From: Kondoa subrosea
Taxonomy: Eukaryota
Assembly: GCA_039545335.1 (NCBI GenBank)
Contig: BCIN01000001.1
Location: 922,208-986,207, forward strand
Reading direction: 5' to 3'
DNA length: 64,000 nt
Each line of letters opens with the position of its first letter. The stretch's first letter is position 1. Under the pieces are notes generated by a model that searched no databases, was not told the origin of the DNA, and saw nothing but the letters and a program-made list of their open reading frames with translations. Made by a program: the position numbers and the translations under genes. Below are positions 53,806 through 64,000 of the stretch, in pieces.

Positions 53806-54299
53806 ATACACAATCTGCAGCAAAGATTTCGGCAGGTACGCCTAAATGTGCTGCTGGATTAGTTTTGCTCATATAGTGTGTGCAGTCTTGTTCTGTCGCT
53901 CTAAAGACAACTTTGTGGCGGGATGTATACTCTTGCATCGGGTCACGGAATCGAAGACAGGGCAGGTCCTGCTAGAGGGAGGCAAAGGGTCGGAGTGAGC
54001 TTTGATCTTAATCTAGCAACGTATCGCATCGAGATTGACTGTCATCTAGCTTCAGTGAATAATCCTATCTTCATCCGATGGAAGCTGGCAACCGCATGTC
54101 TCTATATTTGCCTTGGCGGAAATGCATAGCCTGTTCTATTGCTGGCTTTCCATGCTACAGGATAGCTGCCATTCGCTTCTGTGCTTGTTCGTCATTCTGA
54201 CTCTCTTTGCTGTCCCTTTGATCGCCCGAATGCTTCTTCCGTCAGAATCCGTCTTGCTGACTTTCCGCTTGTCTTGATCTCTTTCGTCTCTTGGTACTC

Positions 54300-55727
54300 A
54301 TGCTGTATCATTTTCTTGGTCTCCTGATTCTCACCTCGGTCCTCGCCTGTCCGGAAGGATCTGGCCCTGCATCAACTCGATATGGAGGCACAGCTTCACC
54401 CTTCAAATCGGATGACTGGACAGGAAGCGCTTTAATCGACGGCACGGACAACTCACTATCCGTCGGTCTAAATCCTACAACGGATTCGAGTGGATATGCG
54501 GAGAATGAGTTCAGTTCTACCAATTCGAAGGAATACAAACCCGACCCGGAGACGCCTATCGTCTGACAGTTTATACTGAACCGGTGTTGCCCTGATTCTA
54601 AGAATGCTCTGGACGTACTGGAGCACGAGGGTCAAGATCTAGCAAATATCGGCATTTCTACTCCGAGCGGTTTACTATGGAATCTGAGCTTCGTGCATGA
54701 GATAGCTGGCGGTCATGTGAGTCGCATGCTATCAGTACTCTAGATGTGCTTTTCACAATCTGGAAAGCATGTCCTTCTTCGTCCTAGTACTCCCATTGCC
54801 GACTACAAGATGGATCTTCCTGATCCGAATTCACTGGTACCGTACAGTTCTGCAGCACCAGAGGTATCCTCAGATCTCAACAGCGCAACGGACGCTTTCA
54901 GAGCTACATTTACTCTGGCCAATGACATTTTATGTAACAAAGGTGAGAAGCGTTTCTTTCGTCGGATTTCTTTTAATGCTAGACTATCGAATAGACCATA
55001 CATGGTCAATCTCACTAACGCCAAAACTCTTCCAGCTTTCAGGAGGAGTAGCGGACACGCTCAAAACGATTCTCAGCATTTCACCGACGGGTGACTCTTT
55101 ACCTGGCTCGGACCAGCCTTTGGTAATATCACTAGGAGCTATATATGATGCAAAGAATGGAGCGGAAACTTTCAAAGCAACCTATAAGCAACTGAACATT
55201 GACGGATGTCAAGGTGAATAAATATCTTGCTTTGCATACAGAACTCTGCTAATTAGATGCAAAGTTGGTGCCGCTGCGGCTGTAACTGATGTAAGAACAA
55301 GAAATGGTGCTCGTTCAATCTCTATTGCGCGCTGATATTGCTGCCTGACAGAAAAGAGCTTCAGTTTCTGTACAAGCTAGTAGTGATTTAGCTCCCGCTA
55401 GTTAGCAGCAGTACACAAAGAGCGAGTTTTTGAGTGCTGACACTGTTGCGTAGGTGCCACTGCCATGCAAGATGGATTGGGTATAGTCATCCCTAAAAAG
55501 GACGACGATAGAGTAAAGACCGTTACAGCGTATGTCCTTTGAAGTTCACATCGGCACTCCAGAGCGGTACTGAGAGCTTACACCGATGGAACAGTACAAC
55601 AAAAGCATCCAAGCCGTCACAAACATCAAACAACTTATCAAGTGCAGCAGGAGAAAGAGCAGGGAGGATGCAAAAAAAGTACTGGTTGTTTCTGGCGGGA
55701 GTATTCATATGTTCAGCCAGAGCTTGA
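54300..55727 (+). CDS. Hypothetical secreted, possibly GPI-anchored protein
   Basis: Signal peptide MLYHFLGLLILTSVLA; about 7 GT-AG introns; S/T spacer then hydrophobic C-terminus YWLFLAGVFICSARA. Confidence 0.65.
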
Positions 55728-55982
55728 AAAGCATCGTAGCTTTCATCTGAAGAAACTTGCCACCAACTTATGCGCAGATGCGGCCAATGAAAGATGGAGT
55801 ATTGACAGCTGGAAGGAACAATTAACATCGCGGAACAGAGGCAAGTCGAGGGGACCTGAGTGAAATCAAAATCTGGAATAGCACACAAAACGGCAATGAC
55901 AAGCCGAGAAACCCGATGCTCTGCGACCGATAGCGATGAGACGGATGCTGCGTCAACTGGTGATTGTAGAAGGTGCAGTGAT

Positions 55983-57124
55983 CTACTCCTACAATCGAAG
56001 AAGTAATACATCAGCTCTAGCCAAAGGTCAGGGGAAGAAGCAAACCTTTTGCTCCTCCTTTTCGATCTCTGCAATAGCACCTCTCTTCTCTGCCAGTCTC
56101 TGTTGACGTCTGTCGCGCATAGCCTTGTTCCTGCAGGCAAAATCGCTATTTAGCATTGAAAATACTTTCAGGTGAAATCGACCCACTTGACACGGCGAAC
56201 CTCCATCTGGTCTGAAAGGTTCTTGGTTCGGGTAGCTTCAGCCTTGAGCTTGTGAATGGCATCGACTAATTGACGCTTGTTCTTGTAGACGTTACCCTTG
56301 GATTTTAGGTAGAGGGAGTGGTAACTGCAGGTGTCCCGCAAACCCATGTCAACAAATATACATGTACGCAAAGGTTGAACGCACAGGTGCTTGTCGATCT
56401 TTCCGGCTTCACGGTATTTGCGTAGTAGACGACGGAGAACTCGCTGTCTTCGCATCCAGAGTACCTTGGTTGGCATACGGGCTTCAGATGTACCCTTCCT
56501 GTACGATGGAAAAGCAGGATTACTATCATACTGTACCAATCTGGCCAGAATCGCACCTTTTACCGGTTCCGGTGTGTCGTCCTTTTGATTTGGCATCGTG
56601 CAGATCACGAACTCTTGCGCGAGAGTGAACTTTGGCAGGTCGGCTGTGATGGAGAAGATTTGCCATGAGACAGAAACCTCTTGCTGGCATGGATCTCGCA
56701 CGCACATAGTAATGTAACCATCTTTCTTCAATTTGCGGATACCTTGACGGGAGTTGGCTTGAGCGATGTCAGTGATTCTGTTAGGGTCGAAGTTGATCTG
56801 TAGGACAGGACAAAGGCAGTATTAGTGCCTTGTTCATGCAGCAATATAGGTCGATTCGGATAAAATTGAAGATCTTGCTATGACAGTGGCCCGAGCAGAC
56901 GTTTTGCGTCTCTTGCTGTCGAGTACATGTGTACGGGTATATAGCACAAGGCAGAGACAGCTGGAAGGGGTATGCACAGCGATATTGCAGGAGACTTGCC
57001 TTTCTTTTTCCAACTGTTGACGGGAGATCAGTAATATTCATCAAGTCTGTTGGAGATAGGGACCTTTCAGGACAGAGGCCGCAAGCCTCTTCTGGAAGAG
57101 CAGATTGCTGACGCTGGAGGACAT
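55983..57124 (-). CDS. RPL19: 60S ribosomal protein eL19
   Basis: [79 protein letters not shown]; 7 introns. Confidence 0.96.
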
Positions 57125-57251
57125 GCTGATGGTCTACGAGAGGGGAAACCTCCTTCACACAAAAAAGGTTTCCGGCTGTTAAGTGGTTAAGTTTAAGTCG
57201 TGTGCCACCTCTCGAGCAAGGATATTGCAGGCTACTAGATCGTTATGCATT

Positions 57252-59623
57252 TTAACGCACTAGTCTTACAGCATAAGTTAGAATACTCAGATCCTCCTGA
57301 ATCTGATTTTAGCTCATGTCCATATAGCATCGTATAAGCTTACCTCTGAATCGCAATAGAAATAGCAGCTGTCAGCGCCTCGGAAACTGTTACAGACATT
57401 AGCGCACTAAATAAACCCTAAAAAGACGACTTTACCTCAAAGTGAAAGAATTGGGCAAAGTAGTTTCATCCTCTATGCCTTCCGTGAGACGAGGACCGCT
57501 TTGCGAATCAAGTGACACAACTTGTATCGGTTTTGTATCCTGTCATTTTGAAAGCTCATAAGCTAAAGCTAGCAAATCCGCTTGCGACTGACCGTTTGAC
57601 TCTTGTATAGATCCATTTTCGTTGCGCTCAATCTGAAGTATCTTCTCCTCCATATCTACCTCAACCAGTGAGTAAAGAATGACACAACAGTCTTCAACTC
57701 ACTATTGAATTGGAAGCCTGCGCATTCACCCAACCTTCAAGCATTACTTCCCCGGTCGATTGTTTCCTCTTGATCCTGGCTTGCAACTCTTCATGGGCTC
57801 TCAACTTCTCTTTCCTTTCATTCTCTTGCATCTCGCGTACTTTTCTTTCCTCCTCTTCTTTCACTCTCTGCCTCTCAAGTTCTTCTTCCCTCTTTCGAGC
57901 TTCTGCCGCTTCTTGAACTAATCGTTTCTCTTCAGCTATCTTTTCTTCTCTTTCCACTAAAGCTAATCGTTCAGCTTCCAACCTCATCCTCTCAGCAGCT
58001 ATTCTTTGTTCTTGCTCTTCTTTCGCTAACCGGTCCAATTCCGCTTGATCGACTCTAGGACTGACTGGTGATTTAGGTGAAGTAGGTGAAGTAGGTTGAG
58101 ATATTTCATTCAAAGAAGATAAAGAAGGTTTACCATTCCTTTTCACACCAGGTTCAGAAGAAGAAGATCTTCTACTTCTACCTCCTCCTCCTGATTGTGA
58201 CCGAGGCGAAGAATTTCGATCTGGTTGTTCTTCACGTGTGAAAACAGCAGGTAAAGAGATTTTCGATTGATTGGAAACAGTACGTTGTCGAACTTGTGGA
58301 TCTTTACCTAAAGAAGATTGTCTAGGTGAATGAGGTGGTTGATAGTCCTCGTTACTTTGCTGAACAGGTGATGAGTAAGGAATAGGTTCATGTTCGCCAA
58401 GATGGGTTGCTTGATAAGCATTTTTGATATTTTCTGCTTCGGATCCTGATTGAGCCAGAGTTTCCCTTGGTTGTGCAGGAGTGACTGGTCGACTATTCTG
58501 GACCGGAGGAGTCGGAGCAGGTTCGTGAAAGATTCCTACGTGCGAAGCGGCAGCTGAAGCAGGTGCTCGAGGTAAAATGCCATCAAAAGTCGACGGCATT
58601 GCTATAGGTGATGGAAGAGGAGCATTACCGCTCACAGGCGTTTGGTCTGGCATGTTGTCGATCTTGAGACCATTATTCTGGATTTGAGGGACATTGATCG
58701 ATCTTGAAAGAGGCATATCATCTTCATCGTCTGATTGATGGGATGTCATAGTCGAGAATATAGGACTATCATGACTCAGACCAGATATTCTTCTAGGCTG
58801 CTGCTGCTGTTGTTGCTGCTGTTGGAAGGACTGCTCTGGAGCTAGATGAGTAGGCGAGGAAGCAGCCGAAGAAGTGCTTGACTTCAGACTGTGCACGTCT
58901 TTCACGGGTACAGAGGGAGGAAGATGTGATCCTTCTCTAGCTTGATAAGCAGGCGAGACGGGTCGAGATGAAGAAGAAGATTGTTGGAAGTGGGTTTGCT
59001 GTACATTCGGGGATGGAGGCAGAGATCCAGAGCCGGTGCCATCCAAGCGCAATTTCGATCGAACAATATTGTGAGAGAAAGAGTCGACATTAGATATGGT
59101 TAGAGAAGCGAAATGCTTGAGATTAGAGCCCAGTGTCCTTTGATGTACCAGTGATCTGGCTCTTTTGACACCGCTGAGTGAGTCTTCAGGCATGAAGGAC
59201 CATAAGAGTAGACGATTCTCTACGTTCAAAAGACCAAAGCGAGCATCTGGACTTGGTTTGCTCAGGTGTACTTTCATGGCTTCCAACCCTCCTGGTCCAG
59301 ACGCAGCGACATGTAGCGTATCTCTCGAGCCGAAGTAGTCGAGGATCAGAAAGTCTGTTGAGTGCGAAGCAGAAGAGACTTCATTGTATGCTGCAGAAGG
59401 CAAGATGCATTAGTAAAGCAATGAAAGACAGAGACAGGCGTCTTGAAGCCAAATGGAGAGCTCATGATAGCTCATGAGTAGCATAGAACACCAGGGTTGG
59501 CTGAAGGAAGACCAAGCACAAGCAGAGCACACTCGAGCCAAAGTCCCAAACAACAAGGCACGCTGAACAGCACAATGATGGCTTACCTGCTGCTATAGCT
59601 GGATCTTGTAAGTTCAAGCTCAT
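57252..59623 (-). CDS. ADF-H-like domain + disordered linker + coiled coil + PH domain protein
   Basis: DPAIAAAYNEV..FLILDY..GPGGLEAM..RFGLL..SGVKRARSLVH (coactosin/drebrin-like); E/R coil; MLEGWVNAQ..IWRRRYFRL..PNSFTL. Confidence 0.75.
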
Positions 59624-59929
59624 CTTGCTCACATGCGCATGACCGTTCTGGAAGAGAACTGCACGCACCGCAACGCTCGAGTTTGCAGCTGGTCTTCAGC
59701 AGACCGCGACTGACTGGCTGTAGAACGATATCCAGCTTGAAGATTATACCCTGTTTGACGAATGCCGCACGTCTAGAGCCCTGTATCTGCCCAATACTGG
59801 ACACTTGATCGAATTCCTCAAGTTGTTTCCATCTACTATTGCACCCTCTTTGGCTCTCCCGTCTGCTCTGCATACATCGATCTAAGTACACCTCATCTAC
59901 GCTTGAGGCATTCGTGCAATTGGCACGCA

Positions 59930-61643
59930 ATGGCAGCCTTTCTCACTCGACTTTCACCTTCGCGGTTGATTCTTCTCGCTATTCCTCTAATTCTCGCTTT
60001 CCTCTACTTAACAGCAACCAATATTGATCAAGAACGAGCTTTGCAAGTTTTGAAGAACCCAGTAGCTTATGTGAAAGAGGATTCTCACGCAGCCAAAATA
60101 TGGGATTATCTACCTACAACGCCGAATCAAGCAAAGGAGATTCTGAATGTCGATCTACCGTTAGAACCAAAACGACCATCTTTTGAAGAAGAGGTTGCCA
60201 GTGATACGGAAATTTATGCGGAATTGGCAAAAGAGGAAGCTTTGGAGTCGAATATCCTTGACCTGGAAGCAGTGCAACGAGTGAAGCCTGTTGTGCAAGA
60301 AGGGATAGTGGATGATGTGATTATTGAAGATGAGGACGACGAGATAGCCACGCCTACAATAGAAGAAGACGACGAGACGATTCAAGCTGCTGCTCCTGCT
60401 TTACCTACTAAAGCACCCAAAGCGGATGCCTACCCTGAAGTGAAATTGGATTCAAGTAGACCTGTTCTGGTAACAGCTACAGATCAGACCCATTTCTGTT
60501 CGTTCAATTAAGTACTTGGCACCCAAAATATACTAATGATATTTCGTCTTTAGGCCAATTGACGAACCTTATAGCCAACTTACATTCAAACTCTCTTCTG
60601 CTCTCAGAAAAAGATCGACCTCAGTTGATCTTTTACGACTTAGGTCTAACATCAGATCAAAGGAGTTACATTCATCGCTTAGTCCGCTCTCACCCTGAAC
60701 ATCTGTCCGGAGCAAGAGAATTTAACTGGGATAAGTACCCGGAGTTTTGGAGGATGAAAGATGGTGATGGAAAAGCTAGACCAGAGCACGGTCAATATGC
60801 ATGGAAGGTCTGCTCAGTTATTATCTACTAGTCACAGCTTTGTTGATCATCAGGATAACATTGACAGGCTGGAGCGACGCACGAAGTCTGGACTGAAGTC
60901 ATGGCTTTGAGAGAACAAGAAGGATTGCAAGATATACTTTCGCCTGTAGTTTGGATCGATAGTGGAACTTACGTAGATCCTACCAAACCGGATGCTTTTC
61001 AGGTATTAGCACAACAAGCGAAAGTGGATGGAGGATTCTTCGCTGCTCAATCTGGTTTGAAGTGAGTCATCAATTATTATGAACATACAGAGGAGCTGAT
61101 GAGTGATATTTGCGAAGAGGCCCGAACATGGCAAAGTTCCTACATCAAGGAACACTGGACTATTATGGTCTGGCACTAGACAGCATCGTTCCCTCCGACC
61201 CATCAACAACGTTAGCCGAAGTGGATTGTGCAGCGACAGTCATTGCGTTCCTCCCTTTCCATGGAGCTACACCAATAATAGAAGGGTGGCTCGATTGCGC
61301 CATGAATGAAAGTTGTATAGCACCAAAAGGAAGTGACCGAGAGAATTCAAGGCAAGATCAGAGCGCTTTAACTATCTTGTCTGCTACATTGGAAAGAGAT
61401 CAAGAAGCTGGAAACAAGGACAAATGGTACAAGAGTTGTCAATGGAACAATAAGATGCTCAGGGATCAATCTGGAATATCGTTTCACAAGTTCGATTAGT
61501 ACGTGCTGTTATTACTCTGTCTTGTGCCAAAGACTGAGAATTCTTTCGGCTTGTACAGTGTCTGTCGAAGTAATGCTCGCACGAAAGGATTCATGCAGAA
61601 GCTACTACGGACGATGCCACCCAAGCTAAATCCTGACATCTGA
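59930..61643 (+). CDS. Type II membrane protein with DUF1647-like (putative glycosyltransferase) domain
   Basis: N-terminal TM, acidic stem, VLVTAT..HF, FYDLGLT, FNWDKYP, YAWK, VWIDSG, WLDCA..CIAPKGS..RQDQSALTIL. Confidence 0.65.
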
Positions 61644-61860
61644 TTTCTTTTGGGCTACAAGCGGTTTAATGTAAGAGGATTGTACAGTAGACATACTAAT
61701 TTCGTCATTTACTTGCATAGCACGTTGAGCGTTTCATTGACTTTCCTTGCGACACGCTCACGAGACTTCTTCTCGCTTCGAGCGCAAACAACATAATAGG
61801 AGTTTCATTCTTGTTCTCATACCGTTCGCCAAAGCGCTGACTTACTAGCACCTCAAAGCA

Positions 61861-62965
61861 ATGGTTTTCCTAAGCTGCATCAGCCCGCAGTCAAGTGGCT
61901 ATGATGCGACACTTCCTCGTTCAGCTGGCAAGCGATATTCATCAACTCCTACCCCTGCGCTAGCTGCTCGCTCGCCTAACAAGCTTCAAAGCAGGCGGCA
62001 GTCTCACGATGCTCCTACAAAGCGGAAGGTGTGCTTCTCTGGTTGGACACATGTATCGTCAAGCTGATTTTGAGGCATATGAAAGGTCACGAAGCTTGCT
62101 ATTTCTCAGCCTAGGGACTTCAAACAGTGAGCATATCATCTCACTGGATCTTTTCCAGCTGCCGAGTAGCTTGAAATCCATCCACAGCCTCAATTCTGGC
62201 GCTGGAACCGATATAGCAGTTTGTTTCCCTTCGCGTTACGTCAGCTTCCTCGCTAAACTTTCCGTGAGTAGAAAGTCAACTTGGACGAAATTATAGAAGC
62301 TCTCTCTTCACCTCTCAACACTTCCGTCGCACCTTTAAGTACGACGCTTCGCATTCCAACAGCACCTCAACTTAATCCTATCCAACCTTCTTCTCCTCTT
62401 TCCCTTTCTCGTACTCTATCACCTCCTGCTTCTTCTTCTTATCCACCTCCGCAACCTTCGCCCATTCCGTACAGTGAGAATATCACCGTAATTGAGAATT
62501 CGGGTAGAGGAGCGAAATTAGAGAAGAGGCAATCAAGAAAACCTGCTCCAATGGTCACACCGAGTGCGTCGACTGTTAAATGAATATCCATACGAGTTAT
62601 TCATTCTTCACTACTCAACGTACAGGCGTAATACGAAGCGTTCCGATCGGTTCACCGGATAGGCATCAACTTCCTACCCAACCTCTCAATCTTAATCATT
62701 CTGTATCAGCTAGAGGAATACCTTCTACTTGGACTGCTTCTACACCCAGTACCACAACAGCTTTGGAACCGCCGAACAGTAATACTAGTCAAGAAACCAC
62801 GAGTTCTGCGAATACGCTAAAATTCAACAAGGCAATGGACGAGGTCAGTTTCGGTTGTGATTTCGCCCTACAAAGCAATTGAGCATCTACTTCTGTTATA
62901 TATAGGTACAAGAAGCTCTTCGATTAGACTTGGATGATCCGACTCTTTCCAAACCAACAGCATGA
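61861..62965 (+). CDS. Hypothetical Ser/Pro-rich protein
   Basis: In-frame exons 62281-62563, 62626-62843 and ~62906-62965 joined by GT-AG introns; 5' structure uncertain. Confidence 0.45.
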
Positions 62966-63504
62966 TTTCGTCGGCCTTTCTTCAATTCCTTTTCACGTAG
63001 CATCTTTATCATTCTTGTACAGTACTATTATGTTTGCATAATATGAACTTGGGTCATCAGCAATTTGGGGGATCGGGTGTCATTCTTCATAATGCATTGC
63101 CGATGAACAAGCCTTCCCGATATGAAAACTACAAGCATACGATTTGTTCTGTCCCGCCCGCAATTAAGAGTCCGTTTCCTGCGCAGGTGTGTCATTTGCT
63201 TGCCTCTTGCTTCGTATTATTTACAGGTCTAAGGATTTGAAAGATCGAAGTGGTTTGCTGAGCGAGAGAGAGAAATTCATGTTGAGTTCGGCAAAGAAAG
63301 CATGTTGTAGAGCGGTGTACTGCTAATTAAGGTGTAGGAGTTAATAAAATTGAGTCGTCTATGGAATTGAAAATGCCGGGTACTTGAATTGTTGCGAAAA
63401 CGAAGTGAAAAAGGTGTGCATAGAATAGATAGACAGCGTCCTAAAAGAACGACAGATCAACTCCACGACCTGAAATTAGTTATGCAGCCCAACACACATT
63501 GCAA

Positions 63505-64000
63505 TCAATTCGAGTCCATCGGTGTCATCGAGAAACCTTTCGATGCCCATCCACTGCCATTACTTCCTGATCTTCTACTCGGATTTGAGGTAGGTGGACC
63601 CCATACTGAACTTGATCCCGTTCCAGCACCACCCAAAAGAGAAGGCAAATGAGTCTCACTCTTTCCAGAGGCATTGCCCAACAAACTTTCACCTCCGTCT
63701 TCACCATCAGCTTCTGGAGAACCGGCTCTTGAAGCAGGTGCTGATCGGGTATGAGAAACTCTGGAATAATTGGCTAGACTGGTACTTGTTGGAGAACCTT
63801 CAAGGGAAGAAACAGGCGGTAAAGAACTTGGTTGTTGAGCTGAAGGTTGCAGAATATCATTCAAATGTCCATGTAAGCCTCGAGAAAGAAGTTTGTCGTC
63901 CCCTTCCGTGATGTACGAGACTGTGCCATGGATATCGGAGGGCGTGCTGAAAGGCGTGCTGTTCTCACTTGAACCGTTTGATCCTTGATTGGAAGAAGTT
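63505..64000 (-). CDS. 3' end of a Ser-rich protein; weak resemblance to a basidiomycete CreA/Mig1 C-terminus
   Basis: Open from the window edge to the stop at 63505; RSAPASRAGSP and GFSMTPM motifs; no zinc finger inside the window. Confidence 0.45.
   Translation of the reverse strand, partial: TSSNQGSNGSSENSTPFSTPSDIHGTVSYITEGDDKLLSRGLHGHLNDILQPSAQQPSSLPPVSSLEGSPTSTSLANYSRVSHTRSAPASRAGSPEADGEDGGESLLGNASGKSETHLPSLLGGAGTGSSSVWGPPTSNPSRRSGSNGSGWASKGFSMTPMDSN

Noticed and set aside
54505..54576. ATGAGT...TATAC as a fourth AT-AC intron
   Set aside because: A canonical GTCTGA...CTGATTCTAAG intron (~54561-54602) already joins the frames, and there is no homology-based reason to prefer AT-AC.

Overview
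Gene-dense, intron-rich fungal genomic DNA. The short (~45-60 nt) introns with GTRAGT donors and CTRAY branch points, plus the protein sequences, point to a basidiomycete; this is inferred, not searched. About 33 protein-coding genes were spliced by hand. They include ERV46, RAD4, RSA3, FKBP12, RPS18, an iron-type GATA factor, POL3, gluconokinase, an MFS transporter, a citrate/methylcitrate synthase, ARV1, a DEAH helicase and RPL19. I saw no rRNA, tRNA, CRISPR array or transposon. Most ORF-track entries are exon fragments or antisense shadows. The main observation is three AT-AC introns with U2-type signals (ATRAGT...YAC) among roughly 220 hand-traced introns: one in FKBP12, one in an FKBP-glutaredoxin gene and one in POL3. 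The two FKBP cases directly follow micro-exons (4 and 12 nt). Also notable are a signal peptide-FKBP-monothiol glutaredoxin-TM fusion, a 12-exon/108-aa FKBP12, an intron-split stop codon in RPS18, long introns in ribosomal protein genes, a pseudokinase-like gene and very short intergenic gaps. All gene models are manual and lack transcript support.
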